Source of the DNA: Lama guanicoe | Taxonomy: Eukaryota | Direction: 5' to 3' | Assembly (NCBI GenBank): GCA_013239625.1 | Contig: MU053482.1 | Span: 3,077,168 to 3,141,167 of the forward strand | DNA: 64,000 nt | Shown here: positions 51,140 through 64,000 of the stretch, piece after piece | Layout: the number at the start of each line of letters is the position of its first letter | Numbering within the stretch: the stretch's first letter is position 1 | Notes under the pieces: model-generated | Seen by the model: the letters and a program-made list of their open reading frames with translations, nothing else | What the model was told of the DNA's origin: nothing | The model's database searches: none | Program-made: the position numbers and the translations under genes

Positions 51140-54100
51140 TTTTAAATCCACTTTATAGAATTCTGCCTGACAACATTAAAGATATTTAGAGTGGTGATCT
51201 GACATATGGATACAGTGTGAAACATTTCCCTCTTCTAGTTAATTAATACATCCATCATCTCACATATTTATCTTTTGGGCAAGGATGAGGACATTGAAGA
51301 TTTACCCTCTTGGTAAATTCCAATTATATAATACAGTGTTATCAACTGTAGTCATCATGTTTTATTATAGATCCTCAGAACTTATTAATCTTATAGCTGA
51401 AACTCTGTACTCTTTTATCAACCCCTCCCTATTTCCTTAATCCTTCAGCCCCTGGTGACCACCTTTCTACTCTCTATTTCTCTTAGTTTGACTTTTTTTT
51501 TTCTTTTTTTAGATTCTACATATAAATGATACAATGCAGTATTTATCTTCCTCGGTCTGGCTTATTTCACTTAGCATAATGCTCTCAAGGTCCATTCATG
51601 TTGTTGTAAACAGCAGCACTTCCTGCTTTCTCATGGCTGAATATTTCATTGTGTATGTAAGTATGACACATGTGTGTACATATATGCATATAAAACATCT
51701 TTATCCATTCAACTGTTGATGGACACTGAGGTTGTTTCCATATCTTGACTATTGTGAATAATGCTGCAATGAATGGGACTGCAGATATCTCTTCAATATC
51801 ATGTTTCATTTCCTTTGGATACATACCCAGAAGTGGGATTGCTGGATCATAAGAGAGCTCTATTTTTAATTTTTTAAGAAAACTCAATACTGTTTTCCAT
51901 AGTGGTTGTATCAATTCACATTTCCAACAGCTCACAAGAGTTCCCTTTTCTCCACAGCTTCACCTACACTTCTGCTGTCTTATTCTTTTTGAGGATAACC
52001 ATTCTAACAGGTACATCTCACTGTGGTATTGATTTCCACTTCTGATGATGATTAGTGATGTTGAGCATCTTTTCATGTGGCTGATGTATGACTTCTTTGA
52101 AAAAATGTCTATTCAAGTCTTTTGCCCACTTTTAAACTGGAATTTTAAAATTTTTTTACTATTGAGTTGTATGTTCTTTATATATTTTGGACATTAACCC
52201 ATGAACAGATATATGGTTTACAAATATTTTCTCCCATTCAGTAGGCTGCCTTTGATTTTGTTGATGGTTTCCTTTACTGTGCAGGAGCTTTTTGGTTTCA
52301 CACAGTCCCACTTATTTTTGCTTTTGTTGCCACTGCTTTTGATGTCAAATCCAAAAATCATTGGCAAGACCTTCATCAAGGAGCTTATCCCCTAGGTTTT
52401 CTTTTAGAACTTCATTTCAGGTCTTACACTGACATCTTAAATCCATTTTGAATTTATTGTTGTGTATGGTGTAAGACAGGGATCCTGGTTCCTTCTTTTG
52501 CATACGGCTGTCCAATTATCCAAACACCATTTACTAAATATACTATCATTTTCCCATGGTATATTCCTGGCCCTTTTGTTGTAAATTAATTGACTATATG
52601 CACATGGTATTATTTCAGGGCTCAGTATTCGGTTCTACTGATCTATGTGTCTATTGTTACGCCAATATCATACTATTTTAATTAAGATAGTTTTGTAATA
52701 TACTCTGAAATTAAGAAGTGTGACTCTTGACTTTATTCTTCTTTGTCAAGAATACTCTGGCTTTTCAGGGTCTTCTGTGGTTCTGTATGAATTGTAGGAT
52801 ACTTTGTGAAATATGCCACTGAAATTTTGATAGAGATTGTACTGAATCTGTAAATTTCTTCTTTTTTTTTTTTGTAATTTTGGGAGGGTAATTAGGTTTG
52901 TTTGTTTGTTTGTTTGTTTGTTTGTTTGTTTATTTATTTATTTATTTATTATAATAGAGGTTACCAGGGACTGAACCCAGGACCTCAAAGATGCTAAGCA
53001 TGTGCTGTACCACTGAGCTATACCCTCCCCCACCAGTAAATTTCTTAGAATAGTATGAACATTTTAATATTAATAAGTCTTCCAGTCCATTAGCATGGGC
53101 CTTCTTTCTACATATTTCTGTCTTCTTCAATGTATTTCATTAATGTCTTACACAGTTTTCAGGATATAGATCTTCTTACCTCCTTGGTAAAGTTATGCCT
53201 GGATATTTATTCTTTTTCATGCAATTATAAATAGGACTATATTCTTAATTTCTCTTCCTCATAATTTGTTGTTAGAGTAAGAAACTCAATTCATTTTTGT
53301 TTATCAACTTTTTATACTGCAACTTTAAGGATTCATTTATTAGTTCTAATACTTTTTTGGTAGTCTTTAGGATTTTATATATATAATATCATGTCAACAA
53401 CAAACAGAGATAGTTTTACTACTTCCTTTCTGATTTACATACCTTATATTTTTCTTTTCTTAACTAATTCCTCTAGCTAGGATATTCAGTACTATGTTGA
53501 GTAAAAGTGATAAGAATGAGCATTCTTGACTAGCACTGGATCTTAGAGGAAAAGCTTTCAGTTTTTCACCATTGAGTATGATGTTAGCTGTGGACTTGTC
53601 ATAAAGGGCCTTTATGGTGTTGAAGTATGCTCACCCTATACCCAGTCTGTTGAGAGTTTTATCCTGAATCAATGTTGAATTTTGACACAAGCTTTCCCTG
53701 TATCTATTAAGACAATCACATAAACTTTATCCTTAATTTTGTTAATGTGGTGGATCACATTCACTGATTTGCACATTTTGAACCCTGAATCCAGGAATAA
53801 ATCCCACTTGATCATGGTGTATGATCCTTTTAATGTATTGTTGAATTTGGTTTGCTAATATTTTGTTGAGGATTTTTGCACCTATGTATACCAGGGATAT
53901 CGGTCTGTGATTTCCTTTTCTTATAATGCCCATGTCTGTCTGTCTTTGCTATCAGGGTAATAGGCTGGCCCTGTAAAGAAAGTGTGGAAGCATTCCCTCC
54001 TCTCCTTTTTTTCGGAAGAGTTTGAGAACTGCTATTAATTCTTCTTTAGATGTATAGTAGAACTGACAAGTAAAGCCGTCTGGTCCTCGACTTTTCCTTG

Positions 54101-54735
54101 GTCAGAGGTTTAGATTACTGATTCAATATCTTTACTACTATTGGTCTGTTCACATTTTATATTTTTTCATGATTCAGACTTGGTAGGTTGTACATTAGTA
54201 GGAATTTATTCATGTCTTCTAGGTTGTCCATTTGTTGGTATATATTTTTTCATAGGAGTCTTATGATCCTTTGTATTTCTGTGGTATCAGAACCAATGTC
54301 TCCTATTTAATTTCTAATTTTATTTATTTGAGTTCTTTCTCTTCTTTTCTTGCTGAGTATAGCTAAAAGTTTGTCAATTTTGTTAGTCTCTTCCAAAAAA
54401 TAGCTCTTAGTTTCATTAATTTTTTTCATTATCTTTTCAATCTCTGTTTCATTTATTTCTATTCTGACCTTTGCTGTTTCCTTCAGGGAGGAACTGGAAG
54501 TTGTAAATTCCTTCCCAATTGCATGCTGCTGTGCCAGGGTGGGATTTATAGAGAGGACATGTCTCAGCCATTCCTACTTGTTCCAGTCAGTGTGACTCTT
54601 TTCTTGTTTCCCTGATGTACAGGAATTGCTCACCTAGTTTCTGAAATTGCTCTGTATATAGCTGTGGATCTGGTATGTCTATGGGAGTAAGTGAATTCAG
54701 GAACTTCCTATGTTGTCATCTTAGACTAGAATCCC
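51140..54735 (-). mobile_element. Old LINE-1 (L1MA-like), with a short 5'UTR piece joined to mid-ORF2 and a complete 3' end; interrupted by a SINE
   Basis: ORF2 remnants ([55 protein letters not shown]). The 5'UTR segment 54484-54735 is homologous to 26256-26504. Confidence 0.88.
52861..53035 (-). mobile_element. tRNA-derived SINE, camelid Vic-1-like
   Basis: Minus strand reads gggggagggtaTAGCTCAGTGGtacagcacatgcttagcat...ctgGGTTCAGTCCctgg (Pol III A and B boxes), then (aaat)n(aaac)n, aaacctaattacctccc and an A-tail. TSD gtaaatttctt at 52850-52860 and 53036-53046. Confidence 0.88.
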
Positions 54736-55140
54736 CCTACACTGTCTTAATGTATTACTGTTCCATGAGTTTATCTAGCAGGAGAGGGGTTGGAAATGAA
54801 GGAGAGAGGAGAGAGACCAACCCTAAATGATCACAGTTAGTTTCATTAAAACATTCTAGGGAGTTGTAAAGAGGTACTCTCAAGAATATGGGAATAAAGG
54901 AAAATATTCTATTCTCAGCATTAACTTATATTCAACAGATCCACACAGAAATGAAAGATCACCTAAAAGAGATATACAGGCTCTCTACTGGAGAACATTC
55001 TTTCTTATTTAGACTGAATTGATCAAAATGGGAATTTGTTGGCAACATCCACCCAAACACTATCTAGGACAGAAATGACTAGAATCACAGACATCTAAGT
55101 TTTCTGCCCCCATTGACAACATAATCCCCAATTTCAAAAA

Positions 55141-55343
55141 CAGTTGCCCCTGAACAATGTTTTGGGGCACTGATGCCCCTGTGTAGTCAAAATCCACTTA
55201 AAACTGTACAGTCAGCCCTTCCCATCCACAGATTCAACCAACCATGGATTTTGTAGTACATATAGCACATGTTGACTGAAAAAAAAAATCTGTGGATACA
55301 TGGACCTGTGCAGTTCAAACCCATGTTGTTCAAGGGTCAACTG
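55141..55343. mobile_element. Tigger2-derived MITE (TcMar)
   Basis: Terminal inverted repeats cagttgcccctgaacaatg and catgttgttcaagggtcaactg match the recalled Tigger2 TIR CAGTTGACCCTTGAACAAC. Confidence 0.8.
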
Positions 55344-55740
55344 CATTAACAATGGGCTAGTTAATCTGGCAGATGTTAAATATTTGACATCAAATATTCC
55401 TTAGTTTGATTCCATAATCAAAACGCTTCTGATTTTGATATGGCCTCCCACAAATATCTGACAACAAGGAGAAAATGTGCTGATAATAGAAACAATGCGT
55501 ATTTTATTCTATATAATCTTTAAACTTATCACTGTAAATTAATAAACTAGCATGCTGGTTTTAACACATCAGTCTAACGAACTTGGACAGTGACTCCATG
55601 CCATGAAAAGAGGTTTGTCTCTTCTTATATGGAGAAAATCAGATTTCTGCATCCAGAAAATTCAGATCTTGGGAGTTTGATTAAAGTAACCAAACTAACA
55701 AATGTTCCTTTGTGAGGCCATTTCAGAAAGAAAGCCAATC

Positions 55741-56258
55741 ACAATGGAATAATACTCAGCCATAAAAACTGACAACATAATGCCATTTGCAGCAACATGG
55801 ATGCTCCTGGAGAATGTCATGCTAAGTGAAGTAAGCCAGAAAGAGAAAGAAAACTATGTGGATCGCTCATATCTGGAATCTAAAAAACAAAAACAAAAAC
55901 AAAAACAAACAAACAATCAAACAAAAACAAAGTGTAAATACAGGACAGAAATAGACTCACTGACAGAGAATACAGACTTGTGGTTGCCAGCGGGGTGGAG
56001 GGTGGGAAGGGATAGACTGGGATTTCAAAATTGGAGAATAGATAAACAAGATTACACTGTATAGCACAGGGAAATACACACAAAATGTTATGATAACTCA
56101 GAGAGAAAAAAATGTGACAATGAGTGTGTATATGTCGATGAATGACTGAAAAATTGTGCTGAACACTGGAATTTGACACAACATTGTAAAATGATTATAA
56201 ATCAATTAAAAATGTTAAAAAATAAATAAATAAAAATCTAAGTCTAATTATAAAAAAA
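55741..56258 (+). mobile_element. Short 5'-truncated young L1, same subfamily as the full-length element
   Basis: Nearly identical to 19414-19885. The left TSD is agaaagaaagccaatc (55725-55740); the right copy is interrupted by (gcaa)n and ends at 56302. Confidence 0.93.
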
Positions 56259-57329
56259 AGAAAGAAAGCAAGCAAGCAAGCAAGCAAGCAAGCCAGCCAA
56301 TCCTTTTTCCTGGTGGTGAAACTTACTCATCTGTACATAACAGAAAGTACAGCAGACAATGCGGATTGGCTCATTCAACATCCTTTAAGCTCTTTTGTAA
56401 TTTCCTTCATGAAACTACAGAGCTTTGAAAGCAAAACAAAACAAATAACAACAACAAAAAAGTTTTTCTGATTCCTTTGCCAGGGCAAGGGAGGGGTCTG
56501 CATGCAATCTGACTTCCATAAGGAAATGACCTGTATAACACTTACAGGAGAATTCACCAATGTATGGTAGTGGCAACATGTGGGGAGACTGGATTTTTCA
56601 GGGCAACTACTGTGAAGATTCTATTGTCTGGTACTGAACATCATATGTGTCAAATGGTGAAAGGTGGACAAAGTACAGTTTCTACCAGAACAGCTACAAG
56701 CTACGAAGTTCCTAGTACCCAGAATTGGTTTCCTGCTCACCCCTCACCTATGAAATTACATCAACTGCCCAATACTTTGTCATAAATCCTTTTCTGAATA
56801 AACTAGAGAAAGTAGATCCAGTTGTCTGAAACTAAGAACCCCAACTGATACTATGAATGACCTAGTATTTTCAACTTCTATAGTTCTAGCCTATGAATTT
56901 CAGTCCTATCATGTTGCTACCACCACCACTAATATTAATGAGTTAACATTCACTTCAGAACTTAAAAAGTTAATATCAAGCATTGTGATAAATGATTTAT
57001 AAACATTCTGATTAAATGATCTATAGTCTGTGAAAGACATCTCAGGAGAAGGACATGAAAGGGAAAATTACAGGTTCACCATGAGAGGAAACAAATCTTG
57101 ATAAACTAATTCACAGATACACTTCTTAGAAATATTCAGATTACGATCAGTATTTTAAAAGAGATTAATCTTGGACAGTAACTTTACCTTCTCTCTCCCT
57201 TCTCCAACAATATAGCACCTCAGTCTTTTTAAAACAGCCCATAGAACTCAAACTTGCAGTTCTAACAAAAACAAATATGGCATAATGAAAAGATTCCTAA
57301 ATGGTGTCCCTTGGGCTATAATTTGGTTA

Positions 57330-57482
<153 letters not shown>

Positions 57483-57893
57483 CTAAATGGGATAGAAAAA
57501 AAATAGTCACATTTTAAAGCACAATGAAAAATTATTATTTATAAATCTAAGTGTTAAATGTTTCCCTATTTCAAAATTTTCCAGCTTATGTGATATGTAA
57601 CTTCAACCACTATTTTAAAAAAATCATTTACAGATTCAGAACACTTTCACTAATGTGCATATACATTTTATGAAGACAGCTTAGATTTTCCACAGTTGCC
57701 ACTCATCCTGAGGCCTAGGCTGGCATACATAGAAACATAGCACTAAAATGAAAAACTTTCCTCCATTAGAACAAGTCATGAAATAAGCTGATCAAGTACT
57801 AAAGTACCTATCTCTGATGGAAAATAGAATTATTTTAAAGTATCTTCATTAATCTAAGAGTCTTCAATTCAGTACAATGAAAAAGATACCTTG

Positions 57894-60800
57894 TTCATCA
57901 AAACAGACCACATTCTGGGCTATAAAATACACTGTAATTCATTTAAAAGGACAGAAATCATATAATGCATGCTCTCAGACCACAATAAATTTAGATTACA
58001 AATCAATAACAGAAAGATAGCTGGAAAATGCCAAAATACTTTGAGATTAAACAACACACTTCTAAATAATACATGGGTCAAAGACAAAATCTCAAAAAAA
58101 TGTTCAAGTATTTTTAACCAGATGAAAATAAAAATACAATTTAACATTTGTGGAATTCAAAAAAAGCAGTGCTTACAGGGAAATTTATAGCACTGAATGC
58201 ATATATCAGAAAAGAAGAAAATTAAAATCAATACTCTGATTCTATCTTAGGAAAAGAGAAAAAGAAGAGCAAATTAAATCGTAAGTAAGCAGAAGAAAAG
58301 AAATAATAAAATTAGAGCAGCAGTGAAATTTATAATAGGAAATCAATAGAACAAATCAACAAAATCTATAGCTGATTCTTTGAAAAGAACATTAAAATTG
58401 ACAAGCCTCTAGTCAGGCTAACTAAAAATAAAAAAGAGAGGAGATACAAATTACTAATATCAGAAAAGAAAAAGGGTACATCATTACAGATTCCATGGAC
58501 ATTAAAAAGATACTAAAGGAAAACTATGCATAACTCTATGTCTACAAATTTGGTAACCAAGATGAAATGGACCAATTCCTTGAAAGATACAATCTGATAG
58601 AACTCACACAAGAAGAAATAGGGAATCTGAATAGACCTATATCTACTAGAGAAATTGAATCAGTAATTAATAACCTTCTGAAACAGAAAGCATCAGGCCC
58701 AAAAGGATTCAGGGTGAATTCTACCAAACATTTAAGGATGAAACTATGCTATTCTCTAAAATCTCTTCCATAAGATAAAAGCAAAGGAAATACTTCCTGA
58801 CTCATTCAAGGAAGCCAGCATTACCCTAATATCAAAACCCAGACGAAGGAACTACAATGAAACTCTACATCAGTATCACTTATGAACACAGATGTAAAAA
58901 TCCTCAAGAAAATATCTGCAAATTGAATCCAACAATGTATGAAACAAATTATATACCATGACCAAGTAGAATTCATTCTAGGTATATAAGTCTGGTCCAC
59001 CATTTGATAATCAATTAATCCTATCAAGAAGCTAAACAAGAAAAATCACACGGTCATATCAACAGATGAAGAAAAAGCATTTGAGAAAATTTAATATCCA
59101 TTCATGATTATAAAAAAAGAGACTCTCAACAAACTGAGAACAGAGAGGAAGTTCCTTAACTTGATAGAGAACATTTACAGAAAACCTACAGATAACATCA
59201 TAATTAATGATAAAAAACTAGAAGCTTTCTGGCTAAGGTTAGAAATAAGGCAAGGATGTTCCCTCTTACCCCACCTTTTCCAAATTGTACTAGAAGTCCT
59301 AGCTAATGCAATTAGTCAAAAAAAAAAAAAAGGAAAATAAAAGGTGTACAGATTAGAAAGAAAGAAATGTAACTGTCTTTGTCCTCAGATGACATGACTG
59401 TCTATGTAGAAAATCTGAAAGTAATAAGCAATTAGAGCAAGGTTCCAGGATACAAGGTTAACATACAAAAATCAATTGCTCTCCTATATACACTACACCA
59501 ACAATGAACAAGTGTTATTTGAAATTAAAAACACAATGTCACCTACATACATTAATATCCCCCCAAAATGAAATACTTAGGTATAAATATAATAAGATAT
59601 GTACAAGATCCATATAAGGAAAATTACAAAACTGACAAAAGAAATCAAAGAAGAACTAGAGAGAGATTGATTCCATGCCCATCAATAGGAAAACTCAATA
59701 TTGTCAACTATCAGTTCTTTCCAACTTGATCTACAGATTGAATGCAATCTCAGTCAAAATTCCAGCAAATTATTTCATGGATACTGACAAACTAATGTTA
59801 AAGTTTATAATGGAGAGGCAAAAGACCCAGAATAGCCAAGACAGTACTTAAGAAGAACAAAGTTGAAAAGTAACACTACCTGAGTTCAAGACCTATTCAA
59901 AAGCTATAGTAAAGATAGTGTGGTATTGGTGAAAGAAGAGACAAATAGATCAAGTAAGTAGAACAGAGAGCCTGCAAAGAGTCCAGAAAAATGTAGCCAA
60001 TGGAACTTTGACAAAGGAGCAAAGCCAGTAACACAGTGGAGAAAGGATAGTCTTTTCAACAAATTGTGCTGGACCAACTAGACACTCATATACAAGAAAA
60101 TGAATCTAGTCACAGACTTTACATCCTTCACAAAAATTAACTCAAAGTGGACCATATACTTAAATGTAAAATGCAAAACTATAAAACTCCTAGAAGATAA
60201 CACAGGAGAAAATATAGATGATCTCTGATTTGGCAATGAACTTTTAGATTCAACACCAAAATCATGAACCATGAAAGAAATAACTGATAAGCTAAACGTC
60301 ATCAAAATTAAAAACTCCTGCTCTGTGAAAGACACTGTCAAGAAAGGAAGACACGCTAAGGACTAGGAGAAAATATCTGCAAAACACATATCTGATAATG
60401 TACTGTCATCCAAAATATATGAAGAATTTTTAAAAGACAAAAATAAGAAAATGAACAACCCAATTATAAAATAGTCAAAAGGTCTGAACAGACATCTCTC
60501 CAAAAAAGATATACAAAAGGCAAGTAAGCATATAAAAAGGTGTTCAACATCATATTTCATTGAACTTCAAATTAAAACAATGAGATGTCATTACACATCT
60601 ATTAGAATGGCCAAAATCTAAAACACTGAAAATGCCAAATGCTAACAAGGGTGTGGAGTGACAGGAACTCTCACTTATTGCCAGTAGGAACATAAAATGG
60701 TACAGCCACTTCGGAAGACAGTGTGGCAGTTTCTTACAAAACTAAACATACTTTTACCATATGATCCAGTAATTGTGCTCCTCAGTATTTACCCAAAGGA

Positions 60801-61485
60801 GTCGAAAACATATATTCCCATAAAAACCTGCACATGGATGTTTATAGATGCTTTATTCATAATTGCCAAAACTTAGAGTGGACCAAGATGCCTTTCAATA
60901 GGTGAATGGATAAACTGCGGCACACTCAGACAATGGAATATTATTCTGCACTAGAAAGAAATGAGCTATCAAGCCATGACAAAATATGGAGGCAACTTAA
61001 ATGCATATAACTAAGTGAAAGACACCAATCTCAAAGGGTTACAAATGGTATGATTCCAACTATACGACATTCTGGAAAAGGTCTAACTATGGAGACAGCA
61101 AAAAAATAAATGGTTGTCAGGGGTTGGATATGCAGTGGAGACATGAACAGGCAGAACACAGAGGATTTTTAGAGCAATGAAACTATTCTATATGGTATTA
61201 TAATTGTGGATACATATTATTATACATTTATCAAAATCTTCAGAATGTAAACCAAGAATGAATCCTAGTGCAAATTACAGACTTTGGGTGATAATGATGA
61301 GTCAATCAGCCTAAGTTCATCTATCAATTGTAATAAACACACTACTGTGGTGGGAGATATTGATACTGTGAGAATCTGTTTTGGGAACCAATAGTTCATG
61401 TGAACTCTTTCTACTTTCTGATCAATTTTGCTATGGATCTAAAAGTACTCTAAAAAGTAAAGTTTATTTCTAAAAATATAATATA
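57894..61485 (+). mobile_element. Old 5'-truncated L1 (L1MC/MB-like), most of ORF2 plus 3'UTR
   Basis: Degenerate ORF2 (LSDHN, MDQFLERYNL..LTQEEI.NLNRPI, RQGCSL). Degenerate TSD aaaagataccttg (57881) and aaaaggtatcttg (61486). Confidence 0.88.
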
Positions 61486-61594
61486 AAAAGGTATCTTGAT
61501 TAACATGTTGTTCAAGAGATAGAACAGAAACAGTAATGAGCTCGCCAACACAGCAACTTTCTGTACCAGATTACTTTCTGTTGCTCTGTTTAGT

Positions 61595-61790
61595 ATCTAT
61601 GTAATTTTGAGCAATTTATTTAACCTCTCAGTGGCTCAGTTTCCTCATTTATAAAAGGTAGAATATTAGTACCTACCTGCTAGCACTCTTGTGAAGGAAG
61701 CTTACATACGTTAACACATGAAAAGTACTCAGAATAGTCCCTGCTATATAATTCAGTGAAGTAAAAGTTAGTTACTATGATTATTACCCA
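61595..61790. mobile_element. MIR SINE relic
   Basis: ttgagcaatttatttaacctctcagtggctcagtttcctcatttataaaagg...tagtacctacct is the MIR core. Confidence 0.75.
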
Positions 61791-62316
61791 CTGTGATCTA
61801 TTCTCATACCTACAACACTTTCTTTACCCTTCTTTATCAATTTTTTTCCTGCCTCTCCTTTCACTGCCTCATTGACTCCTTGACTCAGTCTAAAAAGACA
61901 TCAAAAAAGTAAGATTTCGATGATTTTCTGTATTTAGAGAGACGTTAATCACATTGACAGCTTCTCTATCAAATGAAAAATCTTAAGACTCATTTCCTTC
62001 AGCAGACATCATGAGGAATACATAAATAGCATGAAAACCTTAAAGACAAGTGAAAATACTTTTCTCTACTACATTTTTGTTTTGAAATAGTACTTTATTC
62101 AACAAACATTTACTGAGCACTTTAGTATCATTTATTCTATGAGCTTTCTCTGAAACTCCACAGTCTCACTAGCCCCCTCCAGAACAAAGATTCAAGCAGT
62201 TCCATTCACGTGTTCCAGACCATTTTATGATAATAAATAATTATAACAACCTTTTCCTCTGATATATGACCTAGAATTTATCTATTTTACTAATCGGTAT
62301 AAAAGAGGTGACTTGT

Positions 62317-62982
62317 ATTCCTCAAAAGACTAGGAATGGACTTACCATAGGACCCAGTAATCACACTCCTGGGCATATATCTAGAAGGAACCTGACTTCA
62401 AAATGACACCTGCACCCCAATGTTCATAGCAGCACTATTTACAGTAACCAAAACATGGAAACAGCCTAAATGTCCAACAACAGATGACTAGAAAAAGAAG
62501 ATGTGGTATATTTATACAATGGAATACTATTCAGCCATAAAAACCGACAACGTAACGCCATTTGCAGCAGCATGGATGTTCCTAGAGAATGTCATTCTAA
62601 GTGAAGTAAGCCAGAAAGAGAAAGAAAAATACCATATGAGATCACTCATATGTAGAATCTAAAACAAACAAACAACCCCCTCCTCCAAAAACATAAATAC
62701 AAAACAGACAGACTCACAGACATAGAATATAAACTTGTGGTTGCCAAGGGGGTGGGTAGTGGGAAGGGACAGACTGGGATTTCAAAATGTAGAATAGATA
62801 AACAAGATTATACCGTATAGCACAGGGAAATATATACAAGATCTTGTGGTAGCTCACAGCAAAAAAATATGTATGACAATGAATATACATATGTTCATGT
62901 AAAACTGAAAAATTGTGCTCTACACTGGAATTTGACACAATATTGTAAAATGACTATTACTCAAAAAAATGTTAAAAAAAAA
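62317..62982 (+). mobile_element. 5'-truncated lineage-specific L1 3' end
   Basis: Similar to 31045-31720. TSD aaaagaggtgacttgt (62301-62316) and aaagagagttgacttgt (ending 62998). Confidence 0.92.
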
Positions 62983-63098
62983 AAGAGAGTTGACTTGTTT
63001 TGGGCATGTGTATATTTCTCCCTCAACAATCCATCTAAGTCCCATGACTTTATGTCTTCGGCATTCTTGTGGCCACCATAAGCCTTTTTTATTCTAGA

Positions 63099-64000
63099 AT
63101 AGCAATCCTCAAAGTGTGCTACGAAGAATCACAGGAGTCCTAGTTGTCAAAACTATTTTCATAATAATACTAAGAGTTAGTAACTTCTTTCACTTTGTTG
63201 ACATTCACACTGATGGTACAAAAGTGATGATGGGTAAAGTCGCTGGTATATTAACAGGAATCAACACCAAACTATACTTATAGTCATTGTGTTCTTCAAA
63301 GCTACATATTTGCAGTTAAAAAAAAAAGTTCCAGTTAAAAATGTCCTTGATGATGCAATACACATTTTAATTTCATTATAACTTGACCCTTGAGTATATA
63401 ACTTTTAAAATATTCTGTTTCAAATAGTAAGTATATATAAAGCACTTTTACCACATGTGTAAGTATGATAATTGTTTAGAGAAGCACTATTTGCATAATT
63501 TTAGAGTTGTGAGCTGGGTTTTTATTTTCAAGAATACTATTTTTTACTTGTAAGAATAACTGACAAACAAATATGCCTATGCAGACATGTATTGGCAAAC
63601 ATTTTCGCAAAATGAATGAAGTAGGCCTGTCGCTTTAAGATAAAGATCTGAGAAAATTTGTTACCAATGATAAAACAAATTTTCAAGCACAGTCATTGCA
63701 TTTCTGATGAACATGACAGTAATGTTACTTAGGGTAATATTTTAAATATTATATAATGATCTGTGTCAATATTTGGAAGATCTGGATCATTCATTGATCC
63801 CATATTTGCCAAATGACTAACGTATGACGTTATAAAATCATGCATGGGTAAAAGATCTGTTCAAAGTGCAAAACTGACCAATAGGTTTTATTGTGGCAGA
63901 GTTTGAAAAGTTCTGTGATTGCAACTAATCTTTAAGAAATTACTATTTGTTGAGTGTTGGTGTAGTATTCAAAAAGAGTTTCCATAAGTATCTGAAAAGG
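63099..64000 (+). mobile_element. hAT-Charlie (Charlie1-like) DNA transposon relic running off the window
   Basis: ctcaaagtgtg terminus, gtcaaaactattttcataataatactaagag, and the degenerate transposase segment cacactgatggtacaaaagtgatgatgggtaaa (TDG..M.G) followed by agtcattgtgttcttca (HC.L). Confidence 0.75.

Noticed and set aside
52960..53030. tRNA gene
   Set aside because: The A and B boxes belong to a SINE head with tail and TSD. No complete cloverleaf is evident.

Overview
Mammalian genomic DNA, very probably a camelid (alpaca/llama/camel), judged from a Vic-1-like tRNA-derived SINE. The whole window lies inside the SBF2 (MTMR13) gene on the minus strand. Ten coding exons encoding the N-terminal DENN region (numbered 3-12 by analogy with the human gene) can be read with canonical AG/GT boundaries and a continuous frame. 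The introns are full of retroelements. The ~28-kb intron 6 holds a full-length young LINE-1 (12799-19907, 11-bp TSD, open 297-aa ORF1 and 1265-aa ORF2). About 490 bp downstream is an independently inserted, apparently full-length processed pseudogene of the serotonin receptor HTR1D (20406-23129, 15-bp TSD). Also present: several 5'-truncated or internally deleted L1s, a ~215-bp unidentified retrocopy with TSD, a 122-bp tail-less L1 fragment with TSD, old MaLR/L2/MIR/hAT/Tigger relics, a ~125-bp duplicated block flanking exon 5, and a 51-N assembly gap. I see no convincing wholly new biological system. The best leads are the intact L1 (spacer ORF and splice acceptor, antisense ORF0-like frame, ORF1 RRM substitutions), the HTR1D retrocopy beside it, and a candidate 20-nt poison microexon. 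Protein and repeat-family identifications come from recalled sequences, not database searches. Boundaries of old repeats are approximate.
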